NCBI RefSeq assembly: GCF_009914755.1
Contig: NC_060940.1
Direction: 5' to 3' (one strand)
DNA: 64,000 nucleotides
From: the human T2T-CHM13v2.0 reference genome, Homo sapiens
The notes below the pieces were generated by a model, which was not told where the DNA came from, did not search any database, and saw only the letters and a program-made list of their open reading frames with translations. The position numbers and the translations under genes were made by a program. Shown here one piece after another: positions 30,200 through 44,479 of the stretch (position 1 is the first letter of the stretch; each line of letters begins with the position of its first letter).

Positions 30200-30560
30200 A
30201 AACTTCTGTCATTCATGTAGCCCCTTAGTGATTTTCTTCATATCAGCTACCTGAGTTTTTTGCTTCATTTTTTTTAGAAGTTCAACTTTTTAACAGTGCA
30301 GGAAATAGAAAACATGGATCCTTTGTTAAAGAAATAAGAACAACAAAACCCAAATGATGTTACTCAATTCTGATTAGACACTGTTGCCCGCTGAAGGCTC
30401 AGAGCCTGAGACCTGCCCTGTCTTTGTTAAGAAGGGAGATTAGTACATGTTCGAGTCACACTAACACTAAACTGAGACTTTGTCCTTGACTAAGGGAGGA
30501 GTTGAAAGGGATTAACCAGCTGGGTCTGTGATGCAGGGTTAGTTGGGCTCACTGACCACC
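30200..30560. mobile_element. hAT-Charlie (Charlie4-like) fragment
   Basis: ctgaaggctcagagcctgagacctg...aagggagattag...aaactgagacttt resembles the recalled consensus. Confidence 0.45.
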
Positions 30561-30624
30561 CAAAAGCATCCTCCCTGTAAGCCAGGTGGAAACACTGAAG
30601 GATATGAAGCGGGGGCCTAACAGG

Positions 30625-31005
30625 GTCAAAAAAAAAGAAATAAATACATTATGGAGCATTTTAGAAGGTGGTAAGTGATGCAGAGAAAAACAACAAGAAT
30701 TGAGGGTAAGGGGTACCGAGGGAAGGGTGTTCCAATTTTAGACAGGTGGTCAGGGAAGTGCCCCCGAGAGAGCAACATTTGAGTGCAGGCCTGAAGAAGG
30801 TGAGGGAGAAGCCGTGTGGATATCTGAGGGAAGCACTTCCATGCAGGGTGGATGGCAGGTGCCAAGGCCCTGGGGTAGGCGGGTGCCTGGATGTTCAATT
30901 GCAAAATAATCACTGAGGCTGGAGTGGAGTAAGGGAGGGCGAGATGGCTGGAGATGAAGTCAGAGAAGTTAGGGGAACAGGGCAGAGGGTCTCCTGGCGT
31001 TTGCC
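30625..31005 (-). mobile_element. L2 fragment
   Basis: ggtggtcagggaag...acatttgagtgcaggcctgaag...ggctggagtggag...ggagatgaagtcagaga. Confidence 0.7.
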
Positions 31006-32156
31006 GAAAGCCCTGTCTACATATTCCTGCAACCATCTTAGAGGGAGAAAAGTTAAAAGGTCAGCTGGCCGCTTCATGCTCTGTTTTCATGAGCTGAGCA
31101 CCCATCTCCATAAATCAGTGCCAGGGCCATCTGTGCAGACTGCCTGGGCTCTGGCTGCAAACTCAGCAACAGTGCTATGTCGTCAATGTCGTCACCAACC
31201 CAGCATCTCTGTCTACACAACCCCAAACTCAGGCTCTGTTTTCTGAGCAAATAACCAGTCTCACTGATTATTTCTTTGGATTCCAACAGAATCCACCAGG
31301 TGTTTCAGTGTCTTGTAGATGGCTTCCAGAGCTTTCTAACAGCTAAGGCCCCGCAGGCAGGACTGCTGGTATCACGAGCCCTCCTGCCTTCGGAACTGTT
31401 ACTGGGCTCTCCAGGGGAAGGTAACTGAGCTCCTCTGAGGACTGTGTTCTTGCCAGGTGTTCTGCACCATGCCCTTGGAAGGATAAAGGCAGAGGGTGGA
31501 TGGGGTGGGGGTGATGAGCACACTCTGCTGGGGGGCATCCCAGTTGGAAATCCACCTCAGGGATCGGACACTGAGTGCACGTGACCCGAGTGAGCTGGCC
31601 CCACTTTACATGAGATTAGCTGTGTCTGAGGTGTGGCAAGGGAAGGAAAGGAGCTCGGAGCTAATGAGCTGAGTTCCTGGCAGCATTAATGCGGCTGCAC
31701 ACCCAGCAGGCATTGCCATCCATCAGTCTGTCAGCCTCTCTGGGGGCCGCTGGAGTGTAAATTAATCTGGAGGTACCAACTCCACTGCTGAATTCTTCCT
31801 CCAATATGTTTGTGTCTGAAATTGTTCCCTGGGCCCCCAGAGAAGATAAGGCAGTCACTTCTGCCTTCTGCCATCAAAGCATGGGGATTTTTCATGACCA
31901 TGAACCCCAGACTGGACACAGGGGCTTGGGAGGGAAACTGTGATTTCCAACTATAGACTGGGCTAGTCATGGTGAGAAAGAACAAGAAGCCTCTGAAAAT
32001 GCACAAATCTCCATAAAGCACAGAGCTCAGCCTCTGGGACTATTGAAGAACATTCTGCTAACTTAGGTATTGGAGAGTAATCAAACCACATGAGGAAAGA
32101 CTCATAGCTGCTAACTCTCCTATCTTGATTTGTCTTCTTTCCAATAAAAGTGTGGG

Positions 32157-32465
<309 letters not shown>

Positions 32466-32654
32466 AACTGGGGGAAAAAAACCTTCAGTAACAAAGTATA
32501 GACAACCAATGTGTACTCTGTCACCCAGATATATACATCTGTTGTCTATATTTTCTGTTTTACCTATTCGATCCCCTATTTGGCTGGTACCACTTTGATT
32601 TTTCTCTAGGAAGCCTTTTGTGCCATGTGGCCCAGGCTGAGGAGTGTACAGCAC

Positions 32655-33088
32655 TGCCCTCCCCCCATGGAGATGGGCTCATGACCTGAGCTGACCACTC
32701 AGGGAACTCCATGCCTCCTGCCTGCTGGGATTTCTTCAGGAATGGCATGTGACTCAAAATGGGTGAATCCAAACCTCCCTAAGATACGGTCTATGGACTC
32801 TGGTAGAAATAAGTGTCTTTTCCTCTGGGATCAAGCTGTGAGGATTATGTAACCCAGGTGCCAATAGACACCTTTGCCAGTCACCTGAAGGGAGAAATCT
32901 GCAAAATGAAATCAACATACAGAGAACAGCAGAGTCGAGTGATGGATACAGAGAGCCCCAGGAACGCTGTTAGATCTGGATGGGCTTGAGACTAGATGCA
33001 TCGCTGGACTTTCAAAGTATGTGTGGCAATACATTCCCTTGTTGTTTGAGAGAGTTTAAACTGAGTTTCCATCACTTGCAACCAAAGG
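32655..33088 (+). mobile_element. MLT1J-like LTR
   Basis: ggcatgtgactcaa ... caatacattccc...tgagtttccatcacttgcaaccaaag. Confidence 0.6.
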
Positions 33089-34094
33089 ACAGATCTCCAT
33101 TCAAATTCTAGCTCTGCCAATTACTAGCTCTATGATTCTGGGAAAGAACTTCCCTCGTCTAAAGTCACTTCCCTCGTCTGAAAAGTAGAAATAATCACAG
33201 CACATGTCTTGTAGGGCTGCTGACAGAGTTAAAAGGAACACCTAGGGATGCCCCTGACCACTTCTTGACTTCAGCAGGTGATTTGTGAAATGCTGTTTCC
33301 CTTCCTCCTCCACTGCTGAGCGTTGAGAGGACACTCTGCCTGCTGCTGTGTGGAGCAGACATTTGCGCTGTCAGGAGGAGACAGGGCTGAGTCCACATGG
33401 TCACCTCAGGCTCCAAGGGCTCTCCTGGGTCCTGCTTCTTGCTCGGTCTCTACCCCTTCTCCTGTTTCCTCATCTCCTCTCAGTCTCCAGAGGGCTCCAT
33501 GCTCTAAAGAGGGTCCCAAAATCCACATTAAGCCATATTGGAATGGAAAGAGCCAAAAGAAGCCAGTTGAGAGAAAGTAGAGCTTGCAGGAAGCTGACAG
33601 GAATGGGAACAAAGAGGTCAACATAAGGGAAGATGACTCTCACGACAGAATCCTAACTTCTCAGCAAGGTGAGGGCAGGAGGGTACTTGGGGGCCTTGGA
33701 AAGCTGGAGAAGACTCTTCACAGCATCTAAGAGACTTATGACAAAGGCTCGTAGGTTACTTTAATTCTGGGCAAGTTTCACAAGGACAAGAACTGTGGGT
33801 CCTTTGCTCACTTCTCTTCTCCCAGCATTTTCTCAGGTGCCTGGAATCGAACAGGTCCTTTGTAAACATCAGCAAAAGAAAGAAGAATAGGCCAGTGGCT
33901 GAGGCATGCAGGCTTCAGATTTGCAGACAGTAGCCTGAAGCATCAGGAGACACAGTTTATTTGGCTCTTATCATGTTTGTTTGTTTGTTTGTAGCTGTTG
34001 ATGTTGTTTAAAAATAATTTGCCAAAATTTTATAACTGAGAAATTTTGCATGAAATCTTTATTTCTTACATCACATTTTAAAAATGATACACAA

Positions 34095-34467
<373 letters not shown>

Positions 34468-34469
34468 TC

Positions 34470-35091
<622 letters not shown>

Positions 35092-35359
35092 CTATCTGTA
35101 TACTCCATTTGGGGAAAATTCAGATCACTTTATAGTGCTTGCAGAATATTATAAAGTGCCAGCAGATGCCAATTCCCAAGCACATGAGCCATTCTTGCCT
35201 CTGAGAACCACAAGATGAAAGAAAATGATTGTAAAGAAGCTCAGGAAGTGTCCCACCAGCCCAGCTGTATCAGACAACTATTGTCCATAACATCAGCCCT
35301 GCAACTCAGTCTGAGGGTTTAAACCCTTTCAGAGACAGCCAGAAAAAATTGGAGAGGCC

Positions 35360-35580
35360 AGAATGGCAAGGAAACTAAAAAACAGGTCCAATGAGAAACA
35401 GTTGGATGAATAGGAGATATTTTTCTGGGACAAAAGAGTTATCTAAGATAGAAGTATTTGAAAAGCTGTTATGTGGAAGAGAAATTGGGTCTGTGCTATG
35501 TAGGGTGGGTAGGAAGTCCAGGCATCCACAATTAGCACAATCCAAAAAATAAAGTGAGCTCTTTTAGAAAGTCACTCTAG
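35360..35580 (+). mobile_element. L3/CR1 fragment
   Basis: gaaacagttggatgaataggagatattt...aagtatttgaaaagctgttatgtggaagag. Confidence 0.55.
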
Positions 35581-36169
35581 TGGCTATAATAACTATGTAA
35601 CTGGTTTTTGTTTTTTGTGGTTTTTTGGATTGAAGGCAAAATATTACACGATGGCTAAACTGTACACTTCCCTTCGGTTGAGGTTTGAAGTCAACAATTA
35701 ATGCCTCTCTTCACTTTCTGGTTCTAAACTAAGTTAAAAAAATAGGTGCAGATGGAAATTAAAATATAATTTAACTTGTATTCCTCATCAAGCTAGATTG
35801 AAGAATGAATCTGGAACCCAAGGCCAAAATTAGGCATTCCATAGCTACTCATCACCTCTTAAACTTGACTTTGGGATCTGCCTGAAGGAAAAGTTGGGGA
35901 ACCCACCCAGCCAGCCACAGAGGAGATCTAGACTTCCCTCACCCTCTCTGGGGCCTCACAGAGAACAATCATAAATGTGGCTTCCAGACCCACCTCTAGA
36001 AATCAAAACAACTCGGTCCTGCCCCACTGAGGATAAAGGCTCTATCATTTTTCTGCAATGGGCAAGTCACAGAGACAGAGGAAAAGGGAAAGACCCAGGG
36101 TCAAGAAAGGCATTGAGCTATGCTTGACCCAGATTCCACTGGAATTCACTTGTAAATGTGAATTTTGAC

Positions 36170-36410
36170 ATCTGATACCTACAGGGTGCTTGTTATGTGT
36201 CAGGGACCATTCTTGGGGCTTCACATGATATCATGCATCTCATTTTATCTCATTGAATCCTTGTGACAACCCTATGAATTATTACTGCTACTGTCTCTGT
36301 TTTATAGATAGGAACCCAAGGAATAGACAGGTTAAATAATTTGTGTAAGAACACACTAGTTAGAGGTTGGGCTGACTTTTAAACCCAGGTTCTTCTGACT
36401 CCAAATTGAG
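36170..36410 (-). mobile_element. MIR SINE
   Basis: tctcattgaatcc...acaaccctatga...ttttatagataggaa...ggttaaataatttg. Confidence 0.7.
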
Positions 36411-36676
36411 CTCCTGCCGAGGCAGAAGGAAAAGCAGAAGCTTCATTTACAATAGTTTACGGAGAGGATGCGGGTGTTTGCGGGACTCTCCGTAACTTCT
36501 CATCACAGGATTCTATCCATAATAGAAGGAGCTTCACATTCTGTCTTCTTCTTCCTGAGCCCTGGGACTGGTCCTGTAGCTTCTGGGTTCAAACCTTTGC
36601 TTTGCCACCTTTGAACTGGATGGCCTTGGGTAACTTCCCTAATTTCAGTTTTCCCATCAGCAAAATAGAGAAAAAA

Positions 36677-36711
36677 ATATATATATATATATATTATATA
36701 TATATATATAT
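36677..36711. repeat. (TA)n microsatellite
   Basis: Direct inspection. Confidence 0.95.
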
Positions 36712-36817
36712 GTCTACTCTCAGTTTTATCCCTTGTAGAAAGTTAGTCAGGCTCTGATCCCACCTAGACATCTATCTTGACCATCACTCCTTTTGACCTG
36801 TAGCGTTTCAGCCCTGA

Positions 36818-37177
<360 letters not shown>

Positions 37178-37460
37178 TGACATATTGCCACCCCTCCCCC
37201 ATCCCCCGTTTTCCCTCTTTAAGGATCTGTGAGAGGTGGCTTAGAAGAAAAAGTCTTGCCCCAACTTTGTTTCTGTAAGCCTCCAATATAGAAAAATCTT
37301 TCAGATGTCAATGCAATCCATAGTCCCTAGAGATAAAATTGAGAGGAGGGGAAAAAAAAACAGGAAGAACAGAATTTTGAACTTGGGGCTATTGCTCTTA
37401 AATCTCACTCTCTGCTAGAGGACCTCACTCTATGTCATTGTGGATCCCATTTAGTCCTCA

Positions 37461-37773
37461 TTTTTCTTTTCTTTTCTTTGTTTTTTTTTTTGAGACAGAA
37501 TCTCACTCTGCTGCCCAGGCTGGGGTGCAGTGGTGGGATCTCGGCTCACGGCAACCTCCGCCTCCTGGGTTCAAGTGATTCTCCTGCCTCAGCCTCCCGA
37601 GTAGCTGGGATTACAGGCGTGCGCCACCACGCCCGGGTAATTTTTGTATTTTTAATAGAGACGGGCCTTCACCGTGTTGGCCAGGCTGGTCTCAAACTCC
37701 TGACCTCAAGTGATTCACTTGCCTCAGCCTCCCAAAGTGCTGGAATTACAGGTTTGAGCCACTGCGCCCAGCC
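37461..37773 (-). mobile_element. AluS
   Basis: Reverse dimer; TSD tagtcct. Confidence 0.96.
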
Positions 37774-38653
37774 TAGTCCTTAATTTTTTACTGAAGATGC
37801 TCCTCTGCTGGGGATAAAGTGGGGAAGACTGAGCAGAAGGTTCTGCAGACAGTTACCCGGTCCACCCACTGTGGTCACTGGTCGACAAAATGCCTGGAGT
37901 CAGAGATAGGGACAGACCATCTGGCCCAGTCCAGCTCTCTCAGCCTGTCCCCAAGGGTCAGGCCATCAGAAATCAGCCTTTCTTTCCTGGCTCATGTGTG
38001 GAAGCCCAGGCTCCCTCATACCCTAAGACTGAGAGCTAAATGTACGTGGCTTACATGGGATGCCGTTAACACACAGATTATCTTCTAAGCAAAGTAGCCC
38101 TGGAGGTTCATTTTCTTTTCCCTCAAAACCCTCTCCAAGCAGCTACGGATTCTGTTTTATAGCTCAAGTTAGCTGCACAATTAAACCCAAAGCAGCTCAT
38201 TTATGAATATGAGATGCCAAGTTTCCCTGCAAAACATAGCAAAGTAACAGATGCTTTAGAGCAATAAACAAATTGAAATATAGCTTTTTGTTTCTTTCTC
38301 TGATACTAATGGGCAGAAAACCTTTCTTGGGAAATACAACTTGGGGAGGTGGTGATGTAAAATGCTGTGTTCATGTCTCTCCATTGGACACAGGGCCTGG
38401 ATGACCCATATTTGAAGATCTACATTGGCCCAAACCCCTGGGCTTCTTGTGTGAAGTGCAGGGATGCTGCCGGCCTCACGGAAAATAGACAGCGTGTAAG
38501 CCCAGCTATAGGGGAGACAGCTTGGTAAACTAAGTGAAGACTTGATTTCACCTCCTTTTCTCCCTTGGCTGGGCACCCTTGGCCAGAAAACAACTTAGCA
38601 CAACTCTAAGTAGCGGGCCTGACATAATTATTTTTCTACCACCTAGAGAGTGA

Positions 38654-39069
<416 letters not shown>

Positions 39070-39259
39070 TAATTCCACTTTTAAATTATGAGTCACAATT
39101 CATCAGAGTCCCTAGCAGTTCTAGTGATTTATCGTGTGCACCTGGGAACCTCCCACTCTATTCCCCCAAAGGCCATTTCAAACCTTTCAGTCCACTGTAA
39201 ATCTTTGGCCCTGCTCTTCAGCACATGACCTTGCTCCTGCAAATCCTTCCATTTCCCAC

Positions 39260-39596
39260 TGTCTTCATTTGTTTGGGTGGCTTATACATAACAGAAATCT
39301 ATTTCTCACAGTTTTGGAGGCTGGGAAGTTCAAGATCAAGGTGCTGGCAGATTCAGTGTCCAGTGAGACCCCATTTCCTGGTTAATTAATAGCCATCTTC
39401 TTGCTGTGTCCTCACATGGCAGAAGAGATGAGGGAGCTCTCTGAGGTCTATTCTATAAAGACACTAATCCCATTTGCTGGGCTCTGTCTCCATGATCTAA
39501 TCACCTCCCAAAGACCTGACCTTCACATATCATCACCTTAGGGATTAGGTTTCAATATATAAATTTTGGGATGACACAAACACTCAGTCTATAGCA
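39260..39596 (-). mobile_element. MLT1A0-like LTR
   Basis: atttctcacagttttggaggctgggaagttcaagatcaaggtgctggcagattc...cactcagtctatagca. Confidence 0.88.
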
Positions 39597-39628
39597 CCCT
39601 CCAAACTATTTACACAGCTGCAGACACC

Positions 39629-40260
39629 TGTAGCAGACACGATTGGTGCTTGGCTCAGATCCCTCTTAGTCTTCACCCTCACATGATGAAGGCTGTGACT
39701 CAGTAGGGGCATGCTTGGCCCATGAAGGCCGAGGTGGGAGGATCGCTTGAGGCCAGGAGTTTGAGACCAGCCTGGGCAATATAACGAGACCCCATCTCTA
39801 CGGGAAAAAAAAAAAAAAACTAGCCAGGCATGGTTGTATGTGCATACAGTCCCAGCTACTCGGGAGGCTAAGGTGGGAGGATCACTTAAGCTTCTAGGAG
39901 TTCAAGGCTGCAGTGAGCCATGATCATGCCACTGCAAGCCAAAATTCTGGAGACTTCATAAGCCTGGAGCCAGCCCTCAGTGAATAACAGACAAAGATGT
40001 GGAAGATAAATACAACAGCTTTCTTGTTCTTCAGTTGGGACAACTCTAGCTTGGATCCCACACTGCCTTCCAGAGCTCCCAGTGGGACCAAGCCTCAGTT
40101 TCCCACAGTGGTAACTGGCTTAACAGCACCCTCTTTATTGGCTTCCTTTCTGACCTACTCTCTGGTGTTTTCTTAGGTCACCTTCCAAATACATTTATTG
40201 AATTTAAATCCTTGTCTCTGTGTCTGCTTTTGGAGTGGGGACAGGAGAACCAAATCTGAA
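39629..40260 (+). mobile_element. LTR16 (C-like, ERVL) interrupted by an Alu fragment
   Basis: tgtagcagacac start; cttccagagctcccagtgggaccaagcctcagtttcccacagtggtaact. Confidence 0.7.
39726..39936 (+). mobile_element. Internal AluJ fragment lacking both ends
   Basis: Begins aggccgaggtgggagg and ends ccactgca; no poly-A, no TSD. Confidence 0.9.
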
Positions 40261-40337
40261 CACTCCCTAAACCAGTCGCTATTCTTTCACTCATTCAAGC
40301 CTAACTGATCTGTGCTCTTATGCCCACCTTTTACTAA

Positions 40338-40715
<378 letters not shown>

Positions 40716-41444
40716 CCGTCTCTGGCTTTTCTTAGCATTAGACACCACTGACCATTTGCTCCTTCTGGAAACTATATGGTCTGTTGTTGCCTGCCACTTC
40801 ATCTGAGTATTAGTTTGGATGTAGATTTAACCAAATTAATGTGGGCTTAACTGAGGCACTCTTGCACTCTCTGGGACAGAGTGAGGTGCCACTACCTCAC
40901 AGGTTCTCATTGCACCTTGGGTGCATTTCCACCCTAAGCATTTCTCTTTGTTTTGTAGCCCTTTGTCTTCTTGGCTAAAACATGAATTCCTTAATTAAGG
41001 CAAAAATTTGCTATCAGCACCAGGGACAGTGCATAGAACAAACAAGTTCCCCTCTCTGTCAATGCTGAATGAACTGGTTGATGAAACTGTATAACAGCCG
41101 TGGCATCGTGACAGTCGAGGTCGGCCCATCTTCCTTTATGCTTTAGCCACACACAGAAGTGTCTACCTAAAAATTCACATGCAAAAACTTGGACACACTC
41201 ACACAAACACAGCCACACATTTCCTAAAAATGGACAAAGGATTAAGCAGAGAGAACAATGAAAGCTTCAGACTCACAGACTTTGGTGACAAATTTACAAT
41301 CAAAATCGAACTTATTTGAGATGATAATAAGTACGGAGGGAAGTTGCGAAGGGCATCCTGTAACATGTGCCAACACTTCGTATACAATTATTTAATCATA
41401 TAAGTCATTCACTGAAGCCTCACAAAAGCCCTGTAAGAAATATA

Positions 41445-41681
41445 CAGGTTGACCATCCCCAATCTGAAAATCCAAAATTTGGAATGCTCCAGAATCCAAA
41501 GCATTTTGAGTGCCAATATGACAATTCAAGGAAATGCTCACTAGAGCATTTCGGATTTTGGATTTTCAGATTCGGGATGCTCAATTGGTAAGTATAATAC
41601 AAATATTCCAAAATCTGGAAAAAATCCCCAATCTGAAACACATCTAGTCTCAAGCATTTTGGATAAGGGATACTCAACCTG
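41445..41681 (+). mobile_element. Tigger4a/MER46A MITE nested in a MIR
   Basis: TIRs caggttga...tcaacctg; internal inverted repeat. Confidence 0.92.
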
Positions 41682-42609
41682 AATTGCTTTCTCCATTTTA
41701 GATGTGTGGAAACTGAGACTTGGGGAGCTTAAGGGACTTGCTCAGTGTCCCTCAATTTTTAGGTGATGGAAACAAGATTTCAACTTAGATTTGTGTTTTT
41801 CACTAAAATAGTTTCCAGTGGGGACTACCCTTTACACATTCAACAGGTTTCTACCACAACCAGGAAGTGAGATGAGATGGGAGAGTTTGGGAATTGCCTA
41901 TAAATTTCCTGGAAATAACAGACTTTTGACAAAAATATTTTTTAAAAAATAAAGTAAAATACAACTGACTAAATTATTGCCTTTTCAGCAGTGACTATTC
42001 TTAGGATTGACTTCAAGATATAATAGTTAACCAGTGAATACTTTCCTCTATTTCAAGATTCTTGGCATAATAAGGAAAAACCCATGTATCCTTCATGACA
42101 ATCTTGTACAATCAGAAAAGAAAAAAGCTTCGGATATCTCTCCTTTGACCTCCTTGCTAATCTGAAGATTACTTTCCACACAAGGGCTTGGAGTTAACTA
42201 ATAATTAGTTACATGTATATGACAACCTGCCCATTGAAAAATGGGGAGATATGAGAGATGCCATTTAATAATCACATTAATAATCAGACTTTGGGGTTTT
42301 CTACAAGGATTTTCTTTTTAAAGGAGCATTGCTTTATTTTTTCTCTTTGAAACCATTGAAATGTTTTTCACCATAATAGAATGATACTTTTTCTCATATT
42401 TTACTTTTAGGGATATCTAATAAACCAGTTATTTATAAGCTTATCACAGAGGACAATGTGAATGTTCTTTGTGATTGCTTTTATCTTGCTGTTAAAGCTT
42501 TCTTTAAAGAGATCCCAGTTATATACATTTTTGTGCAATAGGTGACCTTCTTGAGGAAGCCTCTTTTAATGCAAAAACACATATATCTTTGTTTTGTCAA
42601 ACTTTTTAG

Positions 42610-42825
42610 GTCTTACCCAGTACCAGGCACTGTACAAAGTACATCACACTTAATTATTACAATAATCCCAGGAGGTTAAGCACCACAATTTGACCCATTT
42701 AACAGAGGAGAAAACTGAGGCTTAAAGAGGTTAAATAGCTTACCCGTGATTACTCAGGAGGTGGGCAAGTAGAATGAGAAACCACGTCAGGCAGATTCCA
42801 GAGTCTGTAGGTTTAACCACCAAAC
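42610..42825 (-). mobile_element. MIR SINE
   Basis: cccatttaacagaggagaaaactgaggcttaaagaggttaaat. Confidence 0.8.
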
Positions 42826-43289
42826 TCTTGGGCCTTCCTAATTGTAAAGAGCTGTCAAACTGACCTATTGCATGAGAAGTGCCTTTCCATGGATTAAGTA
42901 AAAGTTAGCCTTAACCATCCAATTCTCCGCATTCAGCAACTGACTGGAGGCACCAGTAGACAGAAGAAATCACCTGTGTTTAACAGAAAAGGGCCAGAGT
43001 TTGCTGACATATTTAGCTAATCCACATAGAGCTTGCTGATGAGGATTCTGTTTAATTAGTTGTGGAATTTTAAAAAACGAGCAGATGTGCTATGGTGAAA
43101 TGCATTTTACTTCCTGAACCCTAGGGGAAAGCATTGGGTATGTTCTGAGGCTGTGTACTTGCCTATCTTGATTGAACATTCAGCTGCATGTTTTGCAAGA
43201 CTCAGGTATCCTGGCCTGGTTCCAACATGGATAATTACATTCTGCTTCAGTTCTCCCTACAGCTTCAGACAGGTACGAGGTTAATCATA

Positions 43290-43490
43290 ACTACAGCTAG
43301 CAAGCGCCTACTACGCATCAGAACATACTGAGAAATTTCCACGCATCGTCTCGAAGTCTTTCCACAGTTCTGCAGAGTGAGTTTTATTTTATCCCCTTTA
43401 ATGGGGAAGCTGAGGCTCAGACTGAGGTTAAGTGACTTGCCTGAGGCTGCACAGTAGTAAGTAGCGAAACAGAAATTCAGACTTTTCCCT
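43290..43490 (-). mobile_element. MIR SINE
   Basis: gaagctgaggctcag...gaggttaagtgacttgcctgagg. Confidence 0.75.
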
Positions 43491-44021
43491 TGTACGATCT
43501 TCATTTGAAAAAAAAAATGCACTTGACCCAAGAAGTCAAAGGGTGCAACAAGGATATAATTTGTATTTCCAAGGATTAACATTACAAAGGATTAATTTAA
43601 ACATTAATTCATAATTACAATTAAAAAATCAATTTTAAAATTACAAAGGACTTAATTTTTTATTTCTTTGACGTCTAATGACTGAATATTTTGCAATATT
43701 TCTATCTTCTTTCAGGAATTATGTCTCGCAATAAAAAATGAGTTTCCTTCCAGCCCTTAGCCCTTCAGTTCCCTCCTCAGAGACCCGATGTAATATGTTC
43801 TTATGTATCATGCAGTATATTCTATGCATCTACACCTGATTTTCTCTTTGAGGTTGTTGCTATAAGTTGTTTGGCTGAAATGGACTCTACCTCTGTACTG
43901 AAGCTTCCTATTTCGAATTTATAAGTGCACAGGGAGTAAAGCAGTGAAGGGTTTTGTATGAAAATCAAAGAATAGGCTGTTCTACACATCTTTCAGGAAA
44001 AGTCATCAAGAACTGCAAGTG

Positions 44022-44331
44022 GGCCGGGCGTGATGGCTCACGCCTGTAATCCCAGCACTTTGGGAGGCCGAGGCAGGTGGATCACGAGGTCAGGAGATCG
44101 AGATCATCCTGGCCAACATGGTGAAACCCCATCTCTACTAAAAAAAAAAAAAAAAAAAATACAAAAAGTTAGCCGGGCGTGGTGGCAGGTGCCTGTAGTC
44201 CCAGCTACTCAGGAGGCTGAGGCAGGAGAATGGGGTGAACCCAGGAAGTGGAGCTTGGAGTGAGCCGAGATCGTGCCACTGCACTTCAGCCTGGGTGACA
44301 GAGCAAGACTCTGTCTCAAAAAAAAAAAAAA
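44022..44331 (+). mobile_element. AluY/Sc8-like with expanded middle A-tract
   Basis: gaatggggtgaaccc...gagcttg Y-type diagnostics; TSD aagaactg(c/a)aagt. Confidence 0.95.
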
Positions 44332-44479
44332 AAGAACTGAAAGTAGTAAAGTGGTATATTTTATATATAGTTGGGAGAAGTAGACAATACCAGAGTATCA
44401 TGTAAAAATTTTGTCTTCCTTTTAATATCCAAGTACACAAATACACAGACCAGTTATTGTGCATATGAAGTATTTTCTG

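Noticed and set aside
35158-35172. CTCF-like ccagcagatgcca (also partial matches near 8290 and 20770)
   Set aside because: Mismatches at core G positions; much weaker than the 50749 site.
37325-37337. ccctagagataaa shared with the doublet
   Set aside because: Only 13 bp with no flanking homology; compatible with chance.
41445-41590. Long inverted repeat or hairpin
   Set aside because: Intrinsic to the Tigger4a/MER46A consensus.
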